Of a stretch of DNA of 64,000 nucleotides, positions 9,281 through 18,455 are shown in pieces. The translations under genes were made by a program, and so were the position numbers. Each line of letters starts with the position of its first letter. Position 1 is the first letter of the stretch. Under the pieces are notes generated by a model. That model saw only the letters and a list, made by a program, of their open reading frames with translations. It was not told the DNA's origin and did no database searches. The stretch is taken from assembly GCA_041485285.1 (NCBI GenBank), contig JBGPJF010000001.1:83813-147812 (forward strand). Reading direction: 5' to 3'. This DNA comes from Thermoplasmata archaeon. Its GTDB lineage: Archaea > Thermoplasmatota > DTKX01 > DATEUP01.

Positions 9281-10828
9281 TCACCTCGCGCGGCCGTTCA
9301 GGGCCGCGCCGTTGCCGTTGCGGCCCGTCGGGATCCGCGGCGCCATCGCGCGGGGCAGCAGGATGTGGAACGCCGACCCCTCGCCCACGACCGAATCGAC
9401 CTCGACGCGCCCGCCCTGGGCCTGCACGAGACCCGCCACGACCGCGAGCCCGAGGCCCGCTCCGCCCGTGGCGCGCACGGCCGTCATGTCCGCCTGGACG
9501 AACGGCTTGAACAGGTTGTCCCGCATTTCGTCGGCGATCCCCGGGCCCTTGTCCTCAATGGTGATCACGACCCACTCCCCGTCCGTGTGCGCGTCCACCC
9601 AGATCGGCTCATTCGGTGGCGAGAACTTCGCCGCGTTGTCGAGCAGCTCCACGAGCGAGATGATCATCTTGCGCCGGTCGGCCTCGACGCGCTCCGCGCC
9701 CCTCGAGACGTGCACCTTCACCGCCGGCTCGATCGTGCGCCCGCGCGCGGTGAGCGCCTGGACCGCTTCACGGATGAGTTCGCGCGTCGACTCGGGCTCC
9801 TTGCGCGGGGGCGGGCCGCCGCTCCTAAGCCTCGAGAGCTCCGTGATCGACCCCAGCAGGTACGACAGGTGCTCGCTCGCGGTCTTGATCCGCTCCTTGG
9901 CCGAGGTGATCTGCTCCGGGCTCATCTTCCCCTTCGCCTCGGTGAGCAGCTGCGAGTACCCCTGGATCACCGTCACGGGCGTCCTGAACTCGTGCGAGAT
10001 CACGTCGATCAGGTTCTCGCGGTACTGCTGGATCGCGATGATCTCGCTCACGTCAATCATGACACCCGACAGGTTGCTCGGCCGCCCCTCGGTGTCCTTC
10101 GCCACCCGCACAACGTCCCGCACCCACACCCACCGGCCGTCGGCCGACTTGATGCGGTACTCCGCGACGTGGTCCGCCGGCTTGTCCGCCTTCCCCGAGC
10201 GCCGCTGCAGCTCGGCCTCGAAGTCGTTCGGGTGGACGTGCAACTCCCAGAAGTTGTCGTGGTCGAGCAGGTCGGAGACCGGGTAGCCGAGCATCGTCTC
10301 GACGCGGTGGCTCACGAACGTGAACCGCCGCCGCTCCGGGTCGGCCTCCCAAACGATCGCGTCCAAGCCATCAACAAGCGTCCGATAGCGCTCCTCCGAG
10401 GCTTGCAGGGCGATCGCGTTCAGCTCGAGCGCCCGCAGCATTTCCGACCGGCTCATGGAATAGCGGATGGCGCGCACCAGCGACTCCCCCGAGAGCGCAC
10501 GCTTCGTCAGGTAGTCCTGCGCGCCGCCCTGGAGCGCCTTCAGCGCAAGCTCCTCGTTCTCGAGGCCCGTGAGCGCGATGAGCGGCAGCCGCGGCGCCTC
10601 CGAGCGCAGGCCCTCGAAGGTCGCAAGGCCCTGGCTGTCCGGTAGCGACAGGTCGAGCAGCGCCGCGTCAAAGTCATGGAGGCGAACGGCGTCCACGGCT
10701 GCCGCAAGGCTTGCGGCCGCCACCACCTCGAAGCTCTGCCCCTCCACGTCCCTCAGGTATTCGCGCACCAGCCGCGCGTCCGCTGGGTTGTCCTCGACGA
10801 GCAGCACGCGAAACTTCTGGTGTTCCAT
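9281..10828 (-). CDS. Hybrid REC-PAS histidine kinase
   Basis: N-terminal receiver (LLVEDN, LLDLSLPD), PAS/PAC, H-box ISHEFRTP, DNAAKFS, DKGPGI, GAGLGLA. Confidence 0.95.
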   Translation of the reverse strand: MEHQKFRVLLVEDNPADARLVREYLRDVEGQSFEVVAAASLAAAVDAVRLHDFDAALLDLSLPDSQGLATFEGLRSEAPRLPLIALTGLENEELALKALQGGAQDYLTKRALSGESLVRAIRYSMSRSEMLRALELNAIALQASEERYRTLVDGLDAIVWEADPERRRFTFVSHRVETMLGYPVSDLLDHDNFWELHVHPNDFEAELQRRSGKADKPADHVAEYRIKSADGRWVWVRDVVRVAKDTEGRPSNLSGVMIDVSEIIAIQQYRENLIDVISHEFRTPVTVIQGYSQLLTEAKGKMSPEQITSAKERIKTASEHLSYLLGSITELSRLRSGGPPPRKEPESTRELIREAVQALTARGRTIEPAVKVHVSRGAERVEADRRKMIISLVELLDNAAKFSPPNEPIWVDAHTDGEWVVITIEDKGPGIADEMRDNLFKPFVQADMTAVRATGGAGLGLAVVAGLVQAQGGRVEVDSVVGEGSAFHILLPRAMAPRIPTGRNGNGAALNGRAR

Positions 10829-10846
10829 GGAGGTTCCTCGGGCGCG

Positions 10847-11296
10847 TCACTCCGACTCCGGCAGCCGCACGATGGAGAGCCAGAAGTCTTCGATCGACTT
10901 GACGACCTCCAAGAACTGCGTCAGGTCGACCGGCTTGCTCACATAGCAGTTCGCGTGCAGGTTGTAGGTCCGCACGATGTCGTGCTCCGCCTTCGATGAG
11001 GTGATCACGACCACCGGGATGGCCTTCAGCTCGTCGTCTCCCTTGATCTCCTTCAGGACCTCGAGCCCGCTTTTCCGCGGGAGGTTCAGGTCAAGCAGGA
11101 TCACGTCCGGGCGCTTCGCGTCCTTGTGCTTCCCCTCCTTGTGCAGGAAGGCCAAAGCCTCCTCGCCGTCCTGAGCCACATTGAGCTCGTTGCGCACTTT
11201 CGCCTCTTTCATCGCCTCTTGCGTCAGCCGGACATCGGCCGGGTTGTCTTCGACGAGCAGTATGCGCACAGGTCTCCCTTCTAGTCGGTAGCTCAT
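10847..11296 (-). CDS. Single-domain response regulator (Rcp1/CheY-like)
   Basis: [25 protein letters not shown] 11296 forms an ATGA overlap with the kinase stop. Confidence 0.95.
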   Translation of the reverse strand: MSYRLEGRPVRILLVEDNPADVRLTQEAMKEAKVRNELNVAQDGEEALAFLHKEGKHKDAKRPDVILLDLNLPRKSGLEVLKEIKGDDELKAIPVVVITSSKAEHDIVRTYNLHANCYVSKPVDLTQFLEVVKSIEDFWLSIVRLPESE

Positions 11297-13689
11297 AGAC
11301 TTGTCCCTCCGCCGCGTGTAGTATCGGGAATCGTGAAATGGAACGTCGAGCCCTTCCCCGGCGCGGATTCCACCCAGATTCGTCCCCCGTGGCGCTCGAC
11401 GATCTTCTTGCACAGGGCGAGCCCGATGCCCGTCCCGGAAGTCTCGTCACGCGCCTGCAAGCGCTGGAATATAATGAATATCCGGTCAAAGTGCCTCGGG
11501 TCGATTCCGATCCCATTATCACGGACTGCAAAGTGCCACGCTTGACCGTCGCGGGCGGCCGAGACATGGATCTCGGGGGTGGCGGGCCCGCGGTACTTGA
11601 TCGCGTTCGAAAGCAGGTTCTGGAAAAGTTGGACGAGCTGCGATTCGTCGGCCTTCACCGTGGGCAGCGGGGCGACCTTGACGACGGCCTTCGATTCATC
11701 AATGGCGACCTGCAGGTTCTCGAGGGCGCGCTTGAGCGGCGCCGCCGCGTCCACGGGCACAAGCGGCTTGCCGCGCGTCCCGACCCGCGAGTACGTGAGC
11801 AGGTCGTTGATGAGCGCCTGCATCCGGTTCGAGCCTTCGACCGCGAATGAGATGAACTCATCCGCGTCGCTGTCGAGCTTGCCCTTGTACCGCCGCTGGA
11901 TGAGCTGCACATAACTTGCGACCATGCGCAGCGGCTCCTGCAGGTCATGCGAGGCGACGTAGGCGAACTGCTCGAGTTCGGAATTTGAGCGCGCGAGTTC
12001 TTCGGCCTGGGCCGCGAGCTCCTCGCGGCTCTTGAGCACCGCCTCCTCGTTGCGCTTTCGCTCGGTGAGGTCGTGGACCGCGCCAACCATCCAGACCGCC
12101 TTGCCCGCGCTGTCCCGCGTGACCTCCCCTTGCGAGGTGAGGAACCGCAGTTCGCCGTCGGAGCGCACGATCCGGTATTCGGAATAGTAGGGGCCCGGGC
12201 CTTCGACCGCCTTCTGGACATCCCCCGCGAATTTCGCTTGGTCCTCGGGGTAAATCATCGTCATCGCTCTCGCATAGTTGGCCGCGGGCTCGGCCGCATC
12301 AAGGCCGAAAATGCGGTAAAGCTCGTCCGACCAGGTCGCCTTGTCCTTGACGATGTCCCACTCCCAGCTGCCCACATGCCCGATCCGCTGCGCCTCCGAG
12401 AGCGTCTGGCGGCTGCGCAGCACCTCGCCCTCGGCGCGCTTGCGTTCGGTGATGTCGACCATGACCGTGAGGAGCACGAGTCTTCCGCCGTAATCGAGGC
12501 TCTCGATCGAGGCGAGGAGGGTTTTGGGGGAGCCCCCCTTGGGGGTCACCAGGATTTCGATCGAGAGGAGCCGGCCCTCACGTGCGACCTGCGCTACGTT
12601 CGCGGCGCGCGATTCCGGCGTGACGATCCCGAGCTCCAAGGAGGTCTTCCCCACCGCTTCCGCCTTGGACAGCCCCATCAGGGCCTCGGCCGCAGGGTTT
12701 AGGTCGATGAAGGTCCCGCCCTTGACCTCCGTTAGCGTCATCCCCACCGGGCTTGCGCGGAACGCCGTGACGAACCACGCCTCGCTCTTGCGCCGCGCCT
12801 CCTCGGCCTCGCGGCGGCCCACTTCGAGCTTGCGCACGGCCCGCGCGGAGAGGGCCGCTACGCCGCTGAAGACGCCGACAAGGGCTGACGCGAATAGGGT
12901 CGTGCCCACGGGGGTATCGTAGAGGTGCGAAAATTCGCCCTGGAGGCGCAAGTATCCAATGAAGGGGGGCAAGATCATCGCCGCGGGCAGAATCCTGCGC
13001 GCCACATCCCCCGCGGGCGAGTCCTCCGCAAGGATGTGCATGTAACCGGAGGGCACCTCCAGCAACAGCATTCCGAAAAGCAGCGCGACAAAGGCGACGA
13101 TGGAGAGGAGGGCAATCCCCGATAGCCCGGGAATGGGCGCGGAAGAGGAACTTACGTATGCCAACCACAGGAGGATGACAAAGAGCAGCGCGAGGAAGAA
13201 GAGGACGATGAAGAACGAAGCGGCGCGCAGCAGGTGCCGCTTGTTCGTGCGCATGACGAGCGAGCCGCCCAGGAGCGCAAAGGTGAACCCCGAGCCGCTC
13301 GCCGACCCGACGCGTGCACCGAGGAAAGGGGCGACGTAGAGAGTGAGCCCCCCGAGCGCCACGACGACGGGCATCCAAAAGGCGAGCCGCGGGCCCCAAC
13401 CCTTGGGGATCCATCGGAAGGTAGCCGTCGACCGCGCGAGCACCATCGACGCGCTGAAGACGAGGAAGACGACGGCCGTGAACGGGGCCATGACCACGGG
13501 GGGCGCGCCGGGCCTCGTCGCGGGGATCAGCGCGAGGGCGGCAGCCACCAGCGACAGCACGGAAATGACGGCGCAGAAGCCGGCGCAAGCAAGGACGAGG
13601 TTGTCGGCGAAGGCAAGGGCGCGGGGCCGGCCTGCAAAGGCCGCGGGCGAAGGCGTCCCCGGCCGGGTAGCGCCCGCGAGCATGGACAT
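11293..13689 (-). CDS. Membrane-bound (about 8 TM) PAS-PAS sensor histidine kinase
   Basis: Hydrophobic N-terminal region, two PAS domains, [28 protein letters not shown]. Start uncertain (13689-13728). Confidence 0.93.
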   Translation of the reverse strand: MSMLAGATRPGTPSPAAFAGRPRALAFADNLVLACAGFCAVISVLSLVAAALALIPATRPGAPPVVMAPFTAVVFLVFSASMVLARSTATFRWIPKGWGPRLAFWMPVVVALGGLTLYVAPFLGARVGSASGSGFTFALLGGSLVMRTNKRHLLRAASFFIVLFFLALLFVILLWLAYVSSSSAPIPGLSGIALLSIVAFVALLFGMLLLEVPSGYMHILAEDSPAGDVARRILPAAMILPPFIGYLRLQGEFSHLYDTPVGTTLFASALVGVFSGVAALSARAVRKLEVGRREAEEARRKSEAWFVTAFRASPVGMTLTEVKGGTFIDLNPAAEALMGLSKAEAVGKTSLELGIVTPESRAANVAQVAREGRLLSIEILVTPKGGSPKTLLASIESLDYGGRLVLLTVMVDITERKRAEGEVLRSRQTLSEAQRIGHVGSWEWDIVKDKATWSDELYRIFGLDAAEPAANYARAMTMIYPEDQAKFAGDVQKAVEGPGPYYSEYRIVRSDGELRFLTSQGEVTRDSAGKAVWMVGAVHDLTERKRNEEAVLKSREELAAQAEELARSNSELEQFAYVASHDLQEPLRMVASYVQLIQRRYKGKLDSDADEFISFAVEGSNRMQALINDLLTYSRVGTRGKPLVPVDAAAPLKRALENLQVAIDESKAVVKVAPLPTVKADESQLVQLFQNLLSNAIKYRGPATPEIHVSAARDGQAWHFAVRDNGIGIDPRHFDRIFIIFQRLQARDETSGTGIGLALCKKIVERHGGRIWVESAPGKGSTFHFTIPDTTRGGGTSL

Positions 13690-13854
13690 CAACTTCACGA
13701 TTCCTCCACCCTCCGGCATGCATGGCAATCGGTCAAACGACGGGCGCCGTCCTGGGGTCGAGTTTTATCGGTTGGGGGAAATAAACGTGCTCCTTCCAGG
13801 TTGCCGCTCGCACGTTTCAAAGGCCCGCGGCTCCAAGGCCGCGAGAACCCCGCC

Positions 13855-15306
13855 CTACGCGCGGAGCGGCCCATGGCCCCCCCTGCTCTGCGCCGCCGGC
13901 ATCACGATGTGGAAGGCTGACCCCTCGCCGATGACGCTGTCGACGTCCACGCGGCCGCCTTGGGCGCGCACGAGCCCCGAGACGATCGCCAACCCCAGGC
14001 CCGCGCCTCCGGTCGTGCGGACGGAGGTCATGTCCGCTTGCACGAACGGCTTGAAGACGACGTCGCGCAGGGCCTCGGCAATCCCGGGCCCCTTGTCCTC
14101 GACGGTGAGGACGACCTCGCCGCCTTCCGCGCGCACCTCCACCCATATCGGTTCGCTGGGGGGCGAGAACTTGGCGGCATTGTCGAGGAGTTCAACGAGC
14201 GCGATCAGCATTTTCCGCCGCTCCCCCGGGATCGTTTCAGCCTTCGGGCGGATCCGCACCTTCACGACGGCCGTCACGTCGCGCCCCCGCGATGACAGCG
14301 CCGCGACGGCATCGCCAATGAGGAGCTCCGCCGGCAGGGCCTCAAGGCGCGGCGGCGGCCCGCCGGAGCGAAGCCTCGAGAGTTCCGTGATGGAACCGAG
14401 CAGGTAGGCAAGGTGTGCCGAGGCTTCCTGAATACGGTGCTTTGCGGTTGTGGCGGCGCCGGGCTTCAACTTGTCTTTCGCGTCCGTGAGCAGGTGCGTG
14501 TACCCTTGGATCAGGGTTAGGGGAGTCCTGAACTCGTGCGAGATCACGTCGATCAGGTTGTCGCGGTACTGTTGCACGGCCATGACCTCGCTCACGTCGA
14601 TCATGAACCCCGCGAGCCCCCCGGCCCGCCCCTCGGCGTCGCGCGTCACGCGGACCACGTCGCGCAGCCAAACCCAGCGGCCATCGGCGGCCCTGAAGCG
14701 GTATTCAAGCACATGGCCTTCGGGAGACTCGGGCGCGGCGCCGCCGCGCTCGGCAACCCGCTCGAGGTCCGCGGGGAAGACGTGGGTCGCCCAGAACAGG
14801 GGCTCGCCGGTCAGGTCGGATGCCGGGTACCCGAGCATCGATTCGACGCGTTGGCTTACAAACGTGAAGCGCCGCCGGTCCGTGTCGGCCTCCCAGACGA
14901 TCGCGTCGAGGCCCTCGACGAGGCCACGGTAACGCTCTTCGCTCAGCCGGAGTTCCCGGGTTCGCTCCTCGACGCGGTCTTCGAGGGTGGCCGTGAGGCG
15001 GGTGAGCGCCTCATTGGCTTCCTCGTAGCCGCGGTAAACAGCCTCGAACACGGCGAAGCTTTCGGTCGCGAAGGCGGCTGCGCGTTCGACGATCTGCGCG
15101 CTCGGTTCAAACGGTTCCATGTCCCTGAGGACCTGAGAAAGCACGCGCTGGTGGATCGCCGCCATATCGACGAGCGTGAGCCCCGTGTCGACGGCCTTGC
15201 GACCGATTTCGTACGCGTCATCGAGCGACCGAGCCTGTCGGTCGACGAGGAACGCGCGGAGCGCCGTTTCGTACTCCTCGGAGGCGGCTTTTACGGCGGC
15301 GCCCAA
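13855..15306 (-). CDS. RsbU-N-like domain + PAS histidine kinase
   Basis: N-terminal EEYETALRAFL..DDAYEIGRKAV..AAIHQRVL, PAS, ISHEFRTP, DNAAKFS, GAGLGLA. TTG start. Confidence 0.9.
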   Translation of the reverse strand: MGAAVKAASEEYETALRAFLVDRQARSLDDAYEIGRKAVDTGLTLVDMAAIHQRVLSQVLRDMEPFEPSAQIVERAAAFATESFAVFEAVYRGYEEANEALTRLTATLEDRVEERTRELRLSEERYRGLVEGLDAIVWEADTDRRRFTFVSQRVESMLGYPASDLTGEPLFWATHVFPADLERVAERGGAAPESPEGHVLEYRFRAADGRWVWLRDVVRVTRDAEGRAGGLAGFMIDVSEVMAVQQYRDNLIDVISHEFRTPLTLIQGYTHLLTDAKDKLKPGAATTAKHRIQEASAHLAYLLGSITELSRLRSGGPPPRLEALPAELLIGDAVAALSSRGRDVTAVVKVRIRPKAETIPGERRKMLIALVELLDNAAKFSPPSEPIWVEVRAEGGEVVLTVEDKGPGIAEALRDVVFKPFVQADMTSVRTTGGAGLGLAIVSGLVRAQGGRVDVDSVIGEGSAFHIVMPAAQSRGGHGPLRA

Positions 15307-15463
15307 GCTTCGCCCCCTTCCGGCGCCTTGCGCGCAGGGAACGGCGGGGAGAAGGGCCCCGCCGAAAACCGTCGCTCCACCGAGGCCACGCAGGCACCTA
15401 CCAACCCGCCCGACGTTGGGCGGACGGCGTGCTTACTTTGCGGCGTTCGCACTAATATTGTCC

Positions 15464-15520
15464 CCCATATTCCTGGGTCGCCGATAGTGTTGCGAGAGGC
15501 GCTCCAACCTGGAATATGGG
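15464..15520. promoter_or_regulatory. Inverted pair of motif CCCATAWTCCWGG (candidate operator)
   Basis: CCCATATTCCTGG at 15464-15476 (+) and CCCATATTCCAGG at 15508-15520 (-), in a divergent intergenic region. Confidence 0.5.
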
Positions 15521-15605
15521 CTATCGACCTTGCGGCCGGAGCCCCTCCGGGAAAGCTTTGAGGGCCAAAAGCCAAGCCCGGGCAACCTGAATCCGTAGGG
15601 ATTCG

Positions 15606-17171
15606 ATGTCGACCGCCGGCCCCGACCTGATCCTCCGTTCCGGCGAATTTCTCACGATGCAGGGCCGCAGGGACGCCATCGAAGCGGTGGCCGTGCAGGG
15701 CCGTGTTATCACGGCGCTTGGAACCGACCGCGAAGTGATTCGCCTTCGCCGCGGGCACACGCGCGTGCTCGACCTGGCCGGCCGCTTCGCGCTCCCCGGC
15801 TTCATCGACTGCCACACCCATTTCGCAAAGCGCGCGCTCGGGATCACGCGCATCGACCTTCACACGGCGCGCTCCCGCAACGCGATGGTTGCGCGCCTTG
15901 CCGCGCGGCGCGCCAAGACGCCGCCGGGCGAATGGATCCTGGGGCGCGGGTGGGACGATTCGAAGTGGGAAGACCGCCGCTTCCCGACGCGGCAGGACCT
16001 CGACGCTGGAATCCGCGACCGGCCGGTGAAAGCCAGCCGCGTCGACGGCCACTCGTGCGTCGTGAACACGGCGGGATGGAAGGCGCTCAAGATGCCCCTC
16101 GAATTCCCCGGCGTCGAGCGCGACAGCCGCGGCCGCGCCACCGGGGTCCTCAAGGAAGCGGCCTACGAGGCAACGCTCGACCGGATCGTGGACCCGCCCG
16201 AACTCTACCGCAAGGCGCTCCCCCTCATGGAACGCCGTGCCCACAAGCTCGGTGTCACGACGGTGTGCGACTTCGTCGACCCCAAAGACCTGCGCGCCTA
16301 CATCGAGCGGCGCCGGGCCGGCGCGATGCGCGTGCGCGTGTGCGCCGCCGTGTGGCTGCGCCACCTCGATGCCGTGGAATCGGCGGGCTTGGGCGCCGGG
16401 CTCGGCGACGAATGGCTCCGGCTCACCGGCCTCAAGATGTACGGCGACGGGTCGATCGGCTCGCGCACGGCCGCGATGTACCGCGCGTACGCCGATGAGC
16501 CGGGGAACAAGGGCGCCCTCAACCTGGAGCGCGCGAAGATGGCCGGGGCGATCGGGCGGGCTCGCGCCCTCGGCCTCCAGGCCTGCATCCACGCGATCGG
16601 CGACCGCGGCGTCGACGAGGTCATCGCGGCCTTCGAGGAGGCCGCACACGGCATTTCCCCCGCGCGCTTTGCCCGCGAGCGCCACCGCATCGAGCACTGC
16701 GAACTCGTGACCAAGGACGGCATCCGCAGGATGCGGCGCCTCGGGCTCATCGCGTCCATGCAGCCCAACTTCGTCGGAAATTGGTCGGCCAAAGGCAAAC
16801 TCTACGACCAGCGGATCGGGGCGGGGTGGCTCGGGCGCGACAACCCCATGCGCTTCATGATAGACGGAGGGCTCACCGTGGCGTTTGGGTCGGACAACAT
16901 GCCCTTCTCCCCCCTCTACGGCATCCACAGCGCCGTCAACGCGCCCTTCCCCGCGCAGCGGCTCACGGTCCTCGAAGCACTGGCGGCCTACACCCGCGAC
17001 GCGGCCTTCGCGCTGCGCGAGGAGACGAACCGCGGAACGCTGGAGCTTGGAAAATTCGCGGACATCGCGGTCCTCAGCGGTGACCCGCGCGATTCGCCCC
17101 ACGAAATCGGCGACCTTGTGGTCGACGCGACGCTCGTCGGCGGCGAAATCGTGTGGCGCCGGCCTTCGTAA
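15606..17171 (+). CDS. Amidohydrolase 3 family (YtcJ-like) metal-dependent hydrolase
   Basis: PGFIDCHTH, IHAIGDRG, RHRIEHCE, FGSD, GKFADIAVL. Confidence 0.92.
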   Translation: MSTAGPDLILRSGEFLTMQGRRDAIEAVAVQGRVITALGTDREVIRLRRGHTRVLDLAGRFALPGFIDCHTHFAKRALGITRIDLHTARSRNAMVARLAARRAKTPPGEWILGRGWDDSKWEDRRFPTRQDLDAGIRDRPVKASRVDGHSCVVNTAGWKALKMPLEFPGVERDSRGRATGVLKEAAYEATLDRIVDPPELYRKALPLMERRAHKLGVTTVCDFVDPKDLRAYIERRRAGAMRVRVCAAVWLRHLDAVESAGLGAGLGDEWLRLTGLKMYGDGSIGSRTAAMYRAYADEPGNKGALNLERAKMAGAIGRARALGLQACIHAIGDRGVDEVIAAFEEAAHGISPARFARERHRIEHCELVTKDGIRRMRRLGLIASMQPNFVGNWSAKGKLYDQRIGAGWLGRDNPMRFMIDGGLTVAFGSDNMPFSPLYGIHSAVNAPFPAQRLTVLEALAAYTRDAAFALREETNRGTLELGKFADIAVLSGDPRDSPHEIGDLVVDATLVGGEIVWRRPS

Positions 17172-17185
17172 TTGCACTCATTGCA

Positions 17186-17200
17186 CCCATAATCCAGGGT
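17186..17200 (+). promoter_or_regulatory. Third copy of motif CCCATAWTCCWGGGT
   Basis: CCCATAATCCAGGGT upstream of the PAS-only gene; 13/15 identical to 15464-15478. Confidence 0.45.
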
Positions 17201-17330
17201 GCCCCCGATATCTCCGTGGTCAATTTTACCAAACTCGTTATATTCCGAGTCCGAGACTCGCCCAAGAGGCTTCGCCACGACCGCAAGACGTAAGTCTACT
17301 ACAGGGAGAGGCGCGCGCGAAGCGCAGTTG

Positions 17331-18455
17331 GTGCAGGCTGCGCCCCCAAAGGCCGCGGTTTCTGCCGAAGCCTCGTCCCACGACCTCATCAACAGCCCGG
17401 GGACCGCGTTCCTCCGCTTCAACTTGAAGAGCGGGGCGATCGTCGACGCGAGCCCTTCGGTCGAAGCGATCCTCGGCCACAGCCCTGACGACTTCATCGA
17501 GGACGCGCACCTCACGCACCGCGTCACCCACCCCGAATTTGCCGGGAAACTGCCCGCGCTCGTCGCGCAGTGGTCGCTCGAGAAGCCGGACCATGTGCGC
17601 TTCGAGGGGCAGTTCCTGGCCCGCGACGGCCGCGAGGTCTGGCTCCAAGTGTCAGGCGTGCCCGAGTACAGCAAAGAGGGGGAGATCGTGGCGCTCGCGG
17701 CCCTCGCGCACGACATCACGCCCCTCGTCCTTGCGCGGCGCGCGGCCGACGACGGGCGCAGCCTCTACATGCAGCTCTTCCGCAGCGCCCCGATGCCGCT
17801 CATCCTCTACGACCCCGACACGCTCGTCGTGGTGGACGCCAATGCGTTTGCCTGCGCGGCCTACGGAATCCCCCACTCGGAGTTCTGCGGGATGTATTTC
17901 GACGAGCGCGCGGCCGATGAAGAAAAACCGCGCGTCGAGGAACGCATGCAGGGCCGCGGGAAGCCCGTACTGGTCGTGCCGCGGATGGTGCACCGCAAAG
18001 GGGACGGCAGCGTGTTCCCCGTGCACCTCATCACCGTCGCGCTCCACCACTCTTCGCGCCCCCTGCGCCTTGCCGTCGTGCAGGACCTGACGGAGAGCGA
18101 AATTGCCGAGTCCACCGTCCGCGTGATGCGCGGCGCGCTGGAACTCGCCGCGAGCCCCGTGCTCATCCTCGACCATGATGGGCGTATCGTCTTTGCAAAC
18201 GCCGCCACCGAGGCGCTCACGGGACGCTCGCACGAGGGGATGCAGTCGTGCACGGTCGGCTCGATCCTCGCCCCTGGGTGGGAATCGGCGTGGAGCGGCG
18301 CGCTTGCGACCGCGCTGCGCGGGGGGATCTGGTCGGGGAAGCTTGAGGTGCGGAAGAAGGGCAAACCTACCCGTGTTGAGCTCCACCCGCTGATGGCAGG
18401 CGGGTCGCGGGTATCGCACGTGGTCGTGCTGTTCAGCGTCGACCCGGCCGTGTGA
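17331..18455 (+). CDS. Stand-alone triple-PAS protein with no output domain
   Basis: Three PAS/PAC-like units (DGREVWLQV, KGDGSVFPV, DGRIVFANAA). Start estimated at TTG/GTG 17328-17331. Confidence 0.8.
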   Translation: MQAAPPKAAVSAEASSHDLINSPGTAFLRFNLKSGAIVDASPSVEAILGHSPDDFIEDAHLTHRVTHPEFAGKLPALVAQWSLEKPDHVRFEGQFLARDGREVWLQVSGVPEYSKEGEIVALAALAHDITPLVLARRAADDGRSLYMQLFRSAPMPLILYDPDTLVVVDANAFACAAYGIPHSEFCGMYFDERAADEEKPRVEERMQGRGKPVLVVPRMVHRKGDGSVFPVHLITVALHHSSRPLRLAVVQDLTESEIAESTVRVMRGALELAASPVLILDHDGRIVFANAATEALTGRSHEGMQSCTVGSILAPGWESAWSGALATALRGGIWSGKLEVRKKGKPTRVELHPLMAGGSRVSHVVVLFSVDPAV

